A DNA stretch of 64,000 nt from the NCBI RefSeq assembly GCF_018350175.1, contig NC_058368.1, positions 136,960,001-137,024,000 of the forward strand. The letters are read 5' to 3'. Position 1 is the stretch's first letter; the number at the start of each line of letters is the position of its first letter. The position numbers and the translations under genes are program-made. Shown one piece after another: positions 38,870-51,624 of the stretch. Source of the DNA: Felis catus (lineage: Eukaryota). The notes beneath the pieces are model-generated. The model was not told the DNA's origin. It did not search any database and worked only from the letters and a program-made list of their open reading frames with translations.

Positions 38870-41800
38870 AAAAATGGGTTGCATGGATAATTAGGCTTTG
38901 AGATAGCAAAGTAGAGAGGTGATGGTGAGACCCCAGAAGGATAGAGAACTTGCCCCATTTTCTCTTCTGTGAAATGTCAGTGATAATAATAGTTTCTTAT
39001 GAAGGTTGTTGTAAGGATCCAATGAGATAATTCATGTAAAGGGCTTGGCAAATAGTAAGAGCTCAATAAATAGTAGCTCTTATTACTATCATTATCATGT
39101 ACTTAGTAGACTCTTTTAAATTCTGGAAATAGTTCTTCAAAGATAAGGCTACTTCTTAAACCAATTATTTGGAGGAAATATGAAAGGGAGGATGAAGTAA
39201 GGAATCCTTTTGAGTAATAATTGCCAGGTCACTTGAGGCATATAGAAATGGAAGCAGTTGTACCTGACCCAGCACTGAGAAATGTGGATGGAAAGACAAG
39301 ATTCATCCTGAATTGCAGGCTTTGGGAGAGCCCTTTATGCAGCACCCAGACTCTCAGTTAGCCATTTAAACAGCTGGCCGATGCCCTGTTCTCTCATCCT
39401 TATAGCAGTTCCGAATTCTGGCCTCCTTGTGCCCCTTCCCTCCCTGGTTCAGGGCTAGAAACACCTCAGGTAACTTCTTGTGAGCTGCAGTGACAGCATG
39501 GACAGCCAGCCTCACCAAGAAGTCAGCTGGGTGCAGAGACTGGGTGATGGCAGTGGGCAGCACTGGGCCAGAGGCCCACAAAGCCAAGAAGAGGCACACT
39601 ACTTCGTGCCAACCAGCCTAATCGGAGCCTGAGGACTGAGATGCACCAGGAAGCCTGTGCTTTCCTATTCTAAGAGAAAAGGTCAAAGAGCTGGAGCCTG
39701 CGGCCGAGGAGAATGGCCTCTGCTAAACTGCCCTTCCCTTACATTCTTCTCTCTCTCTCTCTTTTAATAAGAAGGGTGTTCCTTTCCTCAAAGGGAGAGA
39801 GAGGGAGGGAGGGAGAGAGAGACTGTAAACTGTCCAAAAGGACCGTGAGAAAACAGGAAGCTTTGAAAAGTACAAGAGAAAGCAAGATGAAATCTATTTG
39901 CAGGCGGGCCCCTGGGGACATGTGAGGCATTGTTAAGCAGGCAGTTCATACAGCTATATCCTTCCTTCTGCTGAGGAGGGCTTTGCTGCCAAAAGGCTGC
40001 TATCTGGTCACTGCCTTAACCCCCTCAATGCCAGCCTGAGTGCTTGGACCCAAAGTCCTGGGCCCCTAAAAGCCCCCACCTGGTTTGTCCCCCATGGGGC
40101 ATCCAAGAGCTGGAGTAGGAAGCAAAGCCATGGTGGCAAAGGTGGTGGGGACCTTTTTCAAGGAGACCTCATCCTCTTCTATCAGCCCTGCCCTCTGTCT
40201 TCAGGCCTCTACTTCAGACGAGGCTGCAGATGACCTGGTGATTCATAACTTAGGCAGCTCCCGGCTTCACCCATCTCAAAGGAGAATTTGTCCCGGAAAT
40301 TCTGGATGGCTGCTTTTCCTGGACAGGTTTCCCAAAGACGGCAGCTGGTTCTTTGCTATTATGGAGTGTGGCTCTACAAGGATAGCATCCAAATCAACCC
40401 CTGCATGCTTACGCAGAATCTGGGAAGCATATTTCTGAAACATGGCTTAAGTCTACAGGCGCAGGTCTTTGGAGATACTCCAGCTGGCTCCAAGAAGCAG
40501 GGAGTCCAGAAGTGGAGCCAATAGCATAAGAGCCCAGAAGGGCAGTAATTTTTTTTATATATAAAAAAAAAATAGAAACACAGAATGGAAACCTTTCCTC
40601 TCCTCTAATTTTCCATCCTATTGTTAATGCTTAATCTCACAGTAAGCGAATGTTTCTGCTTGCTGTGGACAGCTGTTTCCACTGAGCACGGGGCAGAGAG
40701 AACCATTTCATGTTGCAACAGGGGGAGGGCTGTATGTTTGGAAGGATTTTTAGTGGTGCGAATCCTAAGAAATTAGAACCCGTTATTGAAACAGTCTCCC
40801 CTTTTTATAAGTTTTCGAGTAAAGGAGACAGAGCTGACGCTTGGAGTACGACTGGAGCAAGGCCTGTGTCTTTTTGCTAGCCATGTCAACCGTGTGAGGG
40901 GAATAACCCTTCCCTGTGACTACAATAAAGCTCGGGTTTAGTTGTCTGGGCCTTTTCTCCAACATCACTATGCAGCCAGCCAGTCACCCGTGTCTGATTG
41001 ACTCTGAATTCTGTAGCAAGGAGCAAACGGCCCTCCATCCTGTACCTAACTCCCAAAGCACCACCAACCTCTACCCATTACCAGGACTCCAAGAATCCAC
41101 AACAACACTGATGGGGAGCAAAGGCTACAGGACACCATCTCGAGATGGCCCACCCAACAGTGGGATCTGGATCTGGAGCCTGGACAGGACACAAAGAGCC
41201 CTGTCATGTGATCTGTAAACTCGGACATGCTCTGAGATTCCTCTGAAGTGAAGAAAGGCAGCGCTTTGTGGGGACATGGGGACAAAGAGGAGGAGGACCC
41301 TGGCAGTGCTTCTGGCACTTTTCAGGAGGCAGAGGGCTCTCCATTGAGGTGACTGATGCCTGTCCTCATTCAAGAAACATCTAAGAAGGGAGAAGGGCCA
41401 CCTGTGTGACAAAAATACCCTTCAACATCCAATTATTTTTCTTCTGATAGTAGATACACTCTCCGAGGCAGCCACCTGACCCGAAGTGTGGTCTTCTGGG
41501 ACAACCTGTCCCACCCCCCCAACCAGGAAAAGGATGCCTTTGCAGATGACCAGTCCAATTCGTGCACCAGGCCCATCTGGTACTGAAGAGTATAAACTGT
41601 GCATCATTTCAGAGCTCATAACTTATATTACAAGCCCTTCTCTTATGGAATCTGGTGGTGTGAGCATACATCCAGAGCCTAAACCATTCTCAGGGAGAGG
41701 TCATATTGAGTTTCTGAACCATAAAGTTGATCGTCAGGCACCCTCTAAACCATGTATGTGCACTATCATTGGGGTGGATGGAGGAGGAGGGGGCAGTGAT

Positions 41801-42445
41801 TCATGAAAGGAGACATAAAGCTTTGAGCAGGGCTGGTTCACTGCATCATTGGGCCCAGGTTGCACTACAGCATGCAGTCTTCTGTGTCCTGGTACCAGAG
41901 AGAATCCTCTAAATCCTCGGGTACCACCTGGTCCAAGAAATCCTCCAGGCCACCCTGAGGCCCTTGAGGTAGGCAAACAGAACTGCCTCTGCGTCCCCAG
42001 ATCAAACCCAGCCTGCAAGCCCTTTTCCTGCAGCGGCTCTGCTCCCTGACATATCCCTTATTTCAGAGGTATCTTCTGCCCGGTTTCACAACTACTCCTG
42101 GACCTGACTTGAAAAGGCAGAAGTGTGAGTTAGTTGGACCGGACATGGGTGGAAGGGACCACAAGCATGGCTACCTTCATGCCTTAACAATGTATGTGTT
42201 CTGCCACCAGTTGGTTTGATAAAAAATACAGTTCATGCTGGAAGCCCAAGAGTAAACTCAGCACAGCAAATGAGGAGTGGCAAGCAGTGCCCGTTTGCAC
42301 CTTGACTTTAGGAGACAGCAAACTCCTGGCAGGCAGGAATAGCTCTGTTAAAAGCGAAAGGCTCAAAGTGGGACGCGGGAAGGAAATCCAAGTGCCTAAT
42401 CAGAGAGAGAAGAAGTGATATACGGAGTCCCTGGGCTCATGTGGC

Positions 42446-42620
42446 CAGGGCTAGCTTCGTGGGTGTGTGACCAATGCAGTCACACCCAGCCCCATCTCAG
42501 AAGCGTCCTGAGTTTGGTGTAATGTTCTACTTGTACCATCTCGAAATTTCTTAATAACATTTGAACAAGGGGCCTTACATTTTCATTTTGCATCAGGCAC
42601 TATCAATTATGTAGCCCCTT
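42446..42620. mobile_element. hAT-Tip100 MITE (MER91-like)
   Basis: cagggctagcttcgtgggtgtgtgacc...ttttcattttgca...aattatgtagccc pattern. Confidence 0.55.
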
Positions 42621-43971
42621 CTGCATGCAGCTTCCTTCTCCTTCAACTCAGATGACTCAAGATGGACATAAATTGACTTGCAAACCACTGGGAACTTGAA
42701 GCAAAGGAGGGGAAACACAAGTGGGTGGCAGGAAAGGGCTGGAGGGAGAAACCTCCCTCCCCCACCTGCAGAGAATGCCCACACAGGTCTAGGGAAGCTC
42801 TGGTTCCTGACCCCGCTCACCCTGTCCAGGAATGGCCAACACAGGAAAGCAGTCAGCTTCACAGGGGGTTCCTTCAAGAAGGGGGGGAAAGGGGACATGC
42901 TGTAGAGGGATTAAAGCAGGAACCGCCCCTCAGATGGACAGAGAATATCATCTGGACCCTATAAGACATGCAATGACAGAGAAGGGAAACTTCCATTTCA
43001 AACAGAAAGGCTCTAACAATATCTGAGGGTGTGATTTCTCTCTCCTTCCCCCTCAGCTCTCTCTCTTCACGATGGGGATGGCACGTGCCAGTACATTAAA
43101 CTACCCAATCCTCAGCAAGATTCCTTCTCATTCTAGAAGTGGAGAAGGAAAACAATGTGGGGAGAGGATGGGAAGAAGGGGGAAAAGCCTGGGAAGCCCA
43201 AGCATTTCTAAATAATACCAGTCAATGCCTTGAGTTTTACAAATCTCCAACTCACACATTTTCTCAGCTGATAAAATAGCAATTCAACCAAATGAATCTG
43301 ATGCGGACATTTTAATGAAGATGCTCAAAATCCCTGAGCTCCATGGTACTTAGGAACAAAGAAACACTTCAGATGACTGTGCTCACAGTTATTCCTTGGC
43401 CCAAACAAGCATTTCTAAGGTCGTCAGAGGACTAACCTTGGAGTCTCTTTCATCCTGCCTCAGAGACCTGTCCTCAAATTACACTTGAAGTCCAAGTGTC
43501 AGGAAGGCGGAGGGGGGTGGGGGAGTGCAGTGTGAGAAGGGAGGGGGCAGTGCTAGAAGACTCTGTGACTCCTTTCTGTGTTTCACTCATTGGCTTGTAA
43601 GGAGAACACTATTATACTCAATTGCTTCTTTCTGGAATGGGAACTTTCCACATCACCTTCATCCTTTAACAACCTCATTTCCCAATGGGCCTTCCACCCT
43701 CAGACTTCCTCTACTGGCTCCCTCCACCCCTGCACACTGATTCCACAGTGAGACCAATAGGACAGGCTTCTCAGGGACCAACTAAAGGCTGGTGTGGTAC
43801 AAAGAACAGAGCAGCAGATGGGCCTGGGGTTAGCCAAAGACCTACTCTGAGCCTCAGTGACCCCACTGGTGAAACATAGTAGGAAGTTTCCTGGAGACTC
43901 TCTCCCCTTGGGCATTTGTACAACCCTCAGAGTCCTCCCTGTCTGCATTCCTCCCAGGGCCCACTGCGCAC

Positions 43972-44163
43972 CTTGCATTTGAAAGGCTTCACGTCAGAAT
44001 GAACGATCATGTGTGCCTTGAGGGTCTGTTTCTGCACAAAACTCTTGTAGCACAGGTGACACTGGTAGGCGCGGATGTTGGTATGAATCAGCACGTGTCT
44101 CTTCATGTTGGCCAACAGAGTGAACTCCCGCCCGCAAATCCCACATTTGTGTTCCTTCACACC
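43972..44163 (-). CDS. ZNF366: ZNF366 second coding exon (192 nt): fingers 8-9 and start of finger 10
   Basis: ccctctag|GGTGTGAAG encodes GVKEHKCGIC...VKPFKCK, then donor |gtgcgc. Phase 0-0, in frame with the previous exon. Confidence 0.96.
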
Positions 44164-44391
44164 CTAGAGGGAAGCAGATTCAAAAATACTGTGGTTAGCA
44201 GGTAACAGGCTTTCATCAGAATTGTAGTCTTCATTCTTCTGTTTGCCACACAAACCCATGAAGAGCCTGGTGACAGATGTTGAGTTCCAAATGGTGTGGC
44301 TTTAGCCTTGTTAACTGCTGTTTTCTTGAAAGGTGTTGATTACGTAATCTTTTTTTGTCTTCTGAAAGCCATTAACTAAGCCAGAACTTTA

Positions 44392-44614
44392 TTTTTTTTA
44401 ATTTTTTTTTTAACGTTTATTTATTTTTGAGACAGAGAGAGACAGAGCATGAACAGGGGAGGGGCAGAGAGAGAGGGAGACACAGAATCTTAAACAGGCT
44501 CCAGGCTCTGAGCTGTCAGCACAGAGCCCGATGCAGGGCTCGAACTCACGGACTGTGAGATCATGACCTGAGCCGAAGTCAGACGCTTAACCGACCAAGC
44601 CACCCAGGCGCCCC
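44392..44614 (-). mobile_element. Can-SINE (SINEC_Fc-like)
   Basis: Perfect TSD taagccagaacttta at 44377-44391 and 44615-44629. Confidence 0.95.
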
Positions 44615-44893
44615 TAAGCCAGAACTTTAGAGGAAAAGAACGCTACTGCTTTTGTTGTTCCTGATGCTACATGGGTTAATTCCACAATAACAGTTTTGGG
44701 GATTAAAAAGATTTTGGTAGGAGCACTGTGAAATGAGTCTATAATCTACCCTTCATGATAATGAAAAAAAATAAAACCTCCTAAAGTGATAATATCATTT
44801 CTCATATGAAAACCAATGTTTTCTTGAGTTCTCATTAATACACTTGAAAATCCCAGGAGAACAATTCATATCTACTGTTCAATAAATTACAAT

Positions 44894-44933
44894 AGGTCAC
44901 AGTGACCTGGGCTCCCATAGGTCATAGTGACCT
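44894..44933. promoter_or_regulatory. Two tandem perfect estrogen response elements
   Basis: AGGTCAcagTGACCT at 44894-44908 and AGGTCAtagTGACCT at 44919-44933. The motif match is exact; function is inferred. Confidence 0.7.
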
Positions 44934-46189
44934 CTATGTGATTTGGCTATGGAGCCTCTGCTCAGCTAGCTTCTGTCCTATAGAGAAATTTGGCAGTGGA
45001 TATTTGAATACTTAAGCATTAATGTCCTCACTTGAAAACATTTCCAGGACCTCATAGCATGAGTAGAGTATTAGCTAGTCCCAACTAACCAGTGCTTCCC
45101 TGAAAAGGCCTTTGCAAGCTATCTTAACACAGAATGACTTTTCAGAAGGAAAACTTAGAGAACCATGGCATTAAAACTAAAATTATTATGGAATTATAAC
45201 AAGTTGCTTAGTTAACAACTGTACCTAATAAAACACATACTGCCTGGTATCCATAATGACCTGGGAGAGAGGAGTTCCAAGCTTACCTCTGAGTCTCTCT
45301 GCCTATATGTCCATTTCTTTAATTTGGGACTTGATAATAAAACAGCAGTCCTCAGTTTTGGTGAGCCCATGGCACCCAAGGACAAGGTCAGGTCTCTGCC
45401 CAACCATTTACTGGCTATGTAACTGTAGGCAAGTTTCATGGCCTTTCCTGGTGATGGTTCTCTCATTTGAAGATGGTGGGTCATGAGCCAGGGACTCTTT
45501 CCAGCTGGAATACTCTTGAGTCTAGATGATTGCAGAAGAGTATGGATATATACTAATGAAGAGACCTAAATTTTAAGGCCCTCCTAAGAAGATGAATTTT
45601 AAGTGTGTTGCATATTCAATCAGTGAATTTAAATTTTTGAAATTAACGAAAATTATGTTCTTGATGTTTTTTAAAAGTTACTTCAGCATTTTTCTTCTCA
45701 AGATTGCCTCTACACTCATCTATGATTCAGCTGACCTGGGACCAAGGAGAAGTATCTACTTATCACTGTTTTTGGAATTCTCTCAGAGAATTCTATGTTC
45801 ACGGTAAAATTCACCTATGGGCTGGCCTAGAACTCAAGTGAATGAAAGCCCAGACACAACTCCGGGAACAACGGAAGCCACTTTGTCACTAATAGGATCA
45901 GTGAAATCAGAGAGGGAGCCTGTAGGGGTTTTCAGGGGTGAGGGAGGGAAGGGGGTGGAGAAGAGAAAGACTGGACAGTAGTGTTTCAGAGTCAGGTGCT
46001 GGAGTCCAAGATTCTGGGTGACCACCCCATGCCTCAGCGTCTTCATCTGCGAATCTAGAATAGTATCTGCAGGTTGCTCTTCCAGTTGTTAAAGAGGATT
46101 AAATGAGAAGTAAAGCACCTGATATACAGCAACCGTTATATAAACACTACCTCTCACTGCTGACACTATGAATTAAAATGCATTTTGTT

Positions 46190-46401
46190 GGGGCGCCTGG
46201 GTGGCGCAGTCGGTTAAGCGTCCGACTTCAGCCAGGTCACGATCTCACGATCCGTGAGTTCGAGCCCCGCGTCAGGCTCTGGGCTGATGGCTTGGAGCCT
46301 GTTTCCGATTCTGTGTCTCCCTCTCTCTCTGCCCCTCCCCCGTTCATGCTCTGTCTCTCTCTGTCCCAAAAATAAATAAAAGAAAAAAACGTTGAAAAAA
46401 A
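46190..46401 (+). mobile_element. Young Can-SINE (SINEC_Fc-like)
   Basis: Perfect TSD taaaatgcattttgtt at 46174-46189 and 46402-46417. Confidence 0.95.
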
Positions 46402-47649
46402 TAAAATGCATTTTGTTTTCTAATTCCAGTGAGATGTTTCAGATATGAGGCTGCTTTGCCCATTTTGACTTCATTTTCTACTATCTTATGGAATTTTTAT
46501 ATGTTCTGAAATGCATCTTTGATTCCTTTTCCACACATGTAGGAGCCCCTGAAATCAGCAATGGTCCCCTTTGTGGGTGAATCTCAGTACAGGTTCTTTG
46601 CTGAGGGTTCCTGCACTTGGAAGGGGCCTCCTCTCTGGATGGTATCTACAGGTGCCTTTTGTGGGGCAGGAGTTGTTTGTGCACTGCCCACAAGGCAGCC
46701 ACACATTTCATCTCCACTGCAGAGCCAAAAAAAATGCCCCATGTTTTGTCCTAACCTATCAAATGAAACACACTATGGCCGGGTAGAGATGTTATCTCAG
46801 CTGAGCAAAGTCCTCCAGTGACCTTTCTGAATTAAAGAGTGTTTTTAGAAACTCTGGCTTGCTAGAAGTCTCTCCTGCCAAGAAAACCACTTGCGGTCAA
46901 AAGCGTGAAGGTAGTCAGTGGGGCAAACCTCTCCTCTTGGAAGCTCAAAGCAGACCCAATCAGCTTAGCTGGGTAAGTTATCAGGGACACTACTGTGGCC
47001 TCGCCTTTCTTACTTCATCCTGAATGACTCCAGGGCTCTGGTTGCAAACTAGGCTGAATTTAGACATTTGTGCCTGTATATCTCCTTAAAGACCTGAGCC
47101 CAGGAAAGATAAAAACAAAGCAGACAGAGCAGGATGCTCTTTCATTCCCCCCACAAAACAAACCACAGGGCCCTACACCCACCTAGGCAGGGGCTCTACC
47201 AGGGGAAGCAGAGGCCTTGCTGGATCCAGAGCCATGTGCATATGTGAAGCACTTCTCACAGCTGAGGGTGAAAACACCCCAAAATATAGGCACTACTTCT
47301 GCAGCAAAGGACCAAGAGAATTCTCTAGAAGGTGGCTCTGATTAGCATACCCCAGGCACAGAAATGGTTGGGGTAAATAATACCTGATGGCACACGCATG
47401 CTAGGGCCCTGGATGAAGTTTCCAGAAACAGAGTTTTAGGGGTGGCAGGAGGCTAAGAAGCAACAGCACAAGGACCAGCTGTTTCCTTCCGCCTTCCTCA
47501 CCCTCCTTTCCAAACTGCCCACATTATTTATTTCCAGGCCCATCTTAGACTCTAGAAGGCTGGATGGCAAAGGACTTGGTTGCTGGCCCCCCAGCGTCCC
47601 CCATTTCAAGGAGAGGAAGGAGGCCAGGACTCAGGGAGGAAGCCCCTCG

Positions 47650-48850
47650 CCCAGGGTTACACAGCTCCTCCCCGCCCAGGTGCGGGGCGGCGAAGGTCTG
47701 CGGGCCCCGCCCCCCCAGGGCTCTGCGCCTGCTCCCCGGGCGCCCGCCCGCGGCCTGGGTTCCGGCGGTACCTTGTGAGTGAGGGAGTGCTGCTTGAGGT
47801 GGTGGGGCTGCACGAACTCCATGCCGCACTCGGAGCAGATGTAGGGCCGGATGTCCTTGTGCTTCATCATGTGGTTCTGCAGCTGGCTCGGGTACTGGAA
47901 GGTCTTGTCGCACTCGGAGCAGCTGTACTGGATGGGGCCCCGGTGAGTGGTGAGGTGCCTCTTGAGCTGGGCCAAGGTGGGGAAGTCGAGGCCGCACTCC
48001 ACACAGATGTTCTCGCGCCCGCTGGCGTGCTTGGCCTCGTGGGCCTTGAGCTCGCTGGGGTAGGCAAAGCCCCGGCCGCACACGCGGCAGTTGTGCGGCT
48101 TCACCTCGCTGTGCTGCATCATGTGGCGCTTCAGGTGGCTGGTCTGCGTGAAGGCCTTGTGGCACACCTGGCACTTGTGGGGCCGCGTGCCCTGGTGGGT
48201 GAGCATGTGGGTGTGCAGGTGGCTGAGCTGCTTGAAGAGCTTCCCGCAGCGGGTGCACGCGTGCGGCTTGATCCCGCTGTGGCCCAGGATGTGGGTCACC
48301 AGGTTGTACTTGGAGGTGTAGGACTTCTCGCAGGTGGGGCACTGCCAGCGCTTCTGCGCCCCGCCCACGTCCACGTAGTAACTGTCGTCGATGCGCACGT
48401 TCACGTCCACCCGCTCCACCTTCTGCTTGGCCTCCTCGCTCTCCTGAGGCTCGGCCTTGCGCGGCAGCAGCGCTTCCGGGGGCTGCTTGGGCAGGAAGGT
48501 GTGCCGGCTGAAGGGGAAGGGGGAGGCCGAGGGCATGAAGAAGGGGAACATGAGGCCTGGGGGGACCTTGGGGTAGTAGGGGTAGGGCGCGGGCAGGAAC
48601 GGAGGGGGCGTCGGCTGGGGCCACACGGCGCTGGGCTTCACGGGCTCCTGCTTGACCGGCTTGCCCCCCAAGTGTTCCAGGGTGCGGTAGAACTGGAAGC
48701 CCACGTTGCACAGGTCGATCATTTGCGAGTCATACTTGGGGCGCGGGGGCTGCGGAAAGAGCAGGGAGAGGTTCGGAGGGCCGTGGTTTTTGCTCTCCTC
48801 GGAGTGGAGGGCGAGAGGGGCCTCTTCCGCAGGGTGGCTGTAGGGCATCT
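47650..48850. promoter_or_regulatory. Intragenic CpG-island-like region over the first coding exon and its donor
   Basis: Very high GC content and dense CpG (cgcg, gccg, ggcg) compared with the CpG-depleted flanks. Confidence 0.75.
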
Positions 48851-49103
48851 TGGTGGGCATGCTCTTCCGTTTCCGAGACCCTCCTCCTTCAAAGACCCCG
48901 GGGAATCCATCTAGGTGTCCTGGAGGAGGTTCATATCGAAACTGGGAAAAAGGCCCCCGGAGAGCTTCTGGGAAGGGGTGTCTTTGGGGAGCCTTCCCTC
49001 GGGAAACCACTGGCTGCAGGCAGTGGGGAAAGGAGGGGGCTCTCTTCACACCCAGATTGAAATGCACATCCTCATCTTTGATCATCTTCATTTCCTTCTG
49101 CAT
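47772..49103 (-). CDS. ZNF366: ZNF366 (DC-SCRIPT) first coding exon: Pro-rich N-terminus and C2H2 fingers 1-7 (444 codons)
   Basis: Translates MQKEMKMIKDEDVHF...HHLKQHSLTHK, recognisable as ZNF366. ATG at 49103 (AGGATGC). Acceptor ttctttaaag puts the exon start at 49117 (14 nt of 5' UTR). Donor AAG|gtaccg after 47772, phase 0. Confidence 0.97.
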
Positions 49104-51624
49104 CCTTGGCAATTTTCCTTTAAAGAAAAAGAAACTTACTCTTTAAAAAAAAAAAAAAAAAGAGCCCCCTTTTTCCTTAAGGGTTTTGGCTAGATGATCA
49201 GTAATGATTTATGATGAGTGATGTTTGTTTAATACTGACCCTCCCTTATCCTAGGGCGCTCGAAGTATCACTGTTTTTCCCCCTTAGGAACCCATTACTA
49301 ATGCGGAAAGCTGTGGCCTCCCAGAGTGGGACCCTAGAGCCCCAGTGTAAATCCACAGCCACAGAATATCATCTGGGGGTTGGGAGGCATGGGAAGGAAC
49401 CTGAAAACTCAGCCAGCCACTGTGCCCACTTAAGATGAGGGTACCTAGGCCCAGACAGATGAAGGGCACGTTCATGCCCATCACCCCTCAGGACAGAAGT
49501 CAGAACTGGGATGTGTTCTGTGGGTTTTTTAACCTGAGAAAGAGTGCATCTGCCAGTGGTGACTTAAATGTGTCTTTTGGATTGTTTTCTGTTCTTAGGG
49601 AACCAATTTCCCCTGCTCTCCTCTCTGTCTTCGGGGCCTTTGCTGCTGGAGGAGGCGGCGGCGGGGGGAGTATGCAAGCCCACACAGGTGAAGAGACTTT
49701 CCTGCTCGATTTGGATCTCAGATTTTCCGAGTCACCCACTCCAAGCAAGGTGTGCTGCTGGGGTACATCAAGTGGATGAGATCAGTGTGATTAAGAAAAG
49801 CATACAACCCAGCGTTACAAAGTCATCTTGGTAATTTACACACTTTAATCTTCCACCTGAAGCCACCTCAGGTGAAAAATTCCAAGGCTGTGAATCTCTA
49901 AAACTTAGACACACATGTGTCTAAGTAAAGCTTGGCCTTCGAGGACTCCTGAGGCACCTGACCTTGCCTTGCTGAGCCAGTTACTGCATCCTGGTGACTC
50001 TATCAGGTATGTGTGGGAGAGCCTGTGGGCTGGAGTCTAAACCAAGGACGAGGCTTCCTTTCCCGTGTCTCCTTGTCACTTTTCTATACTCCTCGTGTGG
50101 GTAGTGGTAAAAACAACCAAGTGGTTGACTTGGTGTTTCCATTGAGGGCCCTTTCTACCCAAATCCTCTGAGCTTGAATGGGATTGATCCCCTTTGCTCA
50201 ACAGAGGCTTTCCCAGAGCCAGTTGCCCTGGCTGGGTATGCAGTCTGATCTGGGACCAACGGAGACAGGGCTGGGATAGCGTCCTGGATTAACTGAGGGC
50301 CTGGGCCCTTGGGAATGGCTGCATGCTGAGCAGTTAGGGTGAGGGTCCCAGGGGTGAGAAGGCCAACAGCTGCTAGCGATTTTCTCCAGTCTTTGATGAG
50401 GCAAATGCGGTTTCTACAAGCACCTGAGTATTCCCCAAATCACACATGTCTTGAGGTTTGAAAACTGCAGCACATTAAAGCAAAAATGGGCCTTTTTTTT
50501 TTAAATACTGGGTTACCAATTCCATACACAGACGATCTAACTGGGAGGAAAACCTTTGTGCCTTTATTATATGAATATTTGGGCATTACTTAAAACTGTT
50601 ACGTTAAATCATCAGAAAACTGAAAAGAAAATAATGTCTATTAATCTTTGCTTTGTGTTTATGTGATGGGAAGATAGTCCTGGTTTGTCCTCTTTCTGTG
50701 GACTTGGGGCTTGGGGTGAAGAGAAAGAGCTTGCTTGTTTAGCAGAAGGAAAGCCCAGACCTGTGCGTCCTATCCTTCTGCTTCCTCCTAAAATTGTTAA
50801 CCAAATGCAAGGTTCTTCTACTGCTGACTCGAGGACCTGTCAGAGGTCCGGGAATGCTGCTCTGCTATCGTCAGTACCTAAGCGAGGATGGAGAGGGCAG
50901 AGGCTCTTGGGATAGCGGTCCATATTTACTAGGTCTCCGTTTGCATTTCAACAGGTTCTGATCCCTGAATTCACATGCAGTTATAAAGGGTGTGTTGGGC
51001 CCTGGTGTGAGACGTTGTTGCTCCTATAAGAATAACTGGCTTCCAGATCAGATTAATGTGCCCTATTGAAATAGAGAGGAAAAAATGGCAGCTCCTTTCT
51101 CTGGATGTCATTTTGTCTATGGTTGGTTGTATACCCTCTGTGGAGAGAAGATTCTATTTGCAAAAAGGCTCCTTGGACTGGACCCAAATGCCAGGCTGCA
51201 CATGACTGTGACAGACACTGGCAGAGCCCATCTGAGTGCACACTGGTTCTGTTTTATTCTGATCTGGTTTAAAGAGCTAAAGATTCCTATTTCATAGAGC
51301 TTCATAGAGCTTGATTGTAGAATTAGTTTAAAAAAAGGGGGGGGGACAGACATATCAGAACATGGGCCAGAATTTAATGAATTTTTTGTGTATTTTATTG
51401 TTAAGAAGGTATTAGAAAATGTATGACTAATGATGTCTGGTATCTTTAAACTGTGTGTTCTGTCTTATACTAGAAGGTACTTACTTGGAAATGAATGTTA
51501 TCACTAATTTTGAAACAAAAGGTACTTTGGTATATACAATTATTATTGCTTTTGTTTAATATTTGTGTTTTCAGTTGTGACATAGTATACTAATTGAGTC
51601 ACTTTACTGTATTAGAATTGACAT

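Noticed and set aside
40085..40438. 117-aa antisense ORF with an internal gccATGG context
   Set aside because: No homology recognised; its length is within chance expectation for 64 kb.
40549..40570. T8-ATATAT-A8 palindrome
   Set aside because: Short and low complexity; expected by chance.
47545..48711. 388-aa alternative-frame ORF on the minus strand
   Set aside because: Low-complexity Pro/Ala/Gly/Arg product expected from a stop-poor GC-rich frame; no independent support.
47580..48914. 444-aa plus-strand ORF antisense to the ZNF366 exon
   Set aside because: Shadow of the GC3-rich zinc-finger codons; non-ATG start and no recognisable domain.
49104..49112. ORF-track N-terminal extension MPR
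   Set aside because: Starts at TTG in the 5' UTR; the ATG at 49103 gives the known MQKEMK N-terminus.
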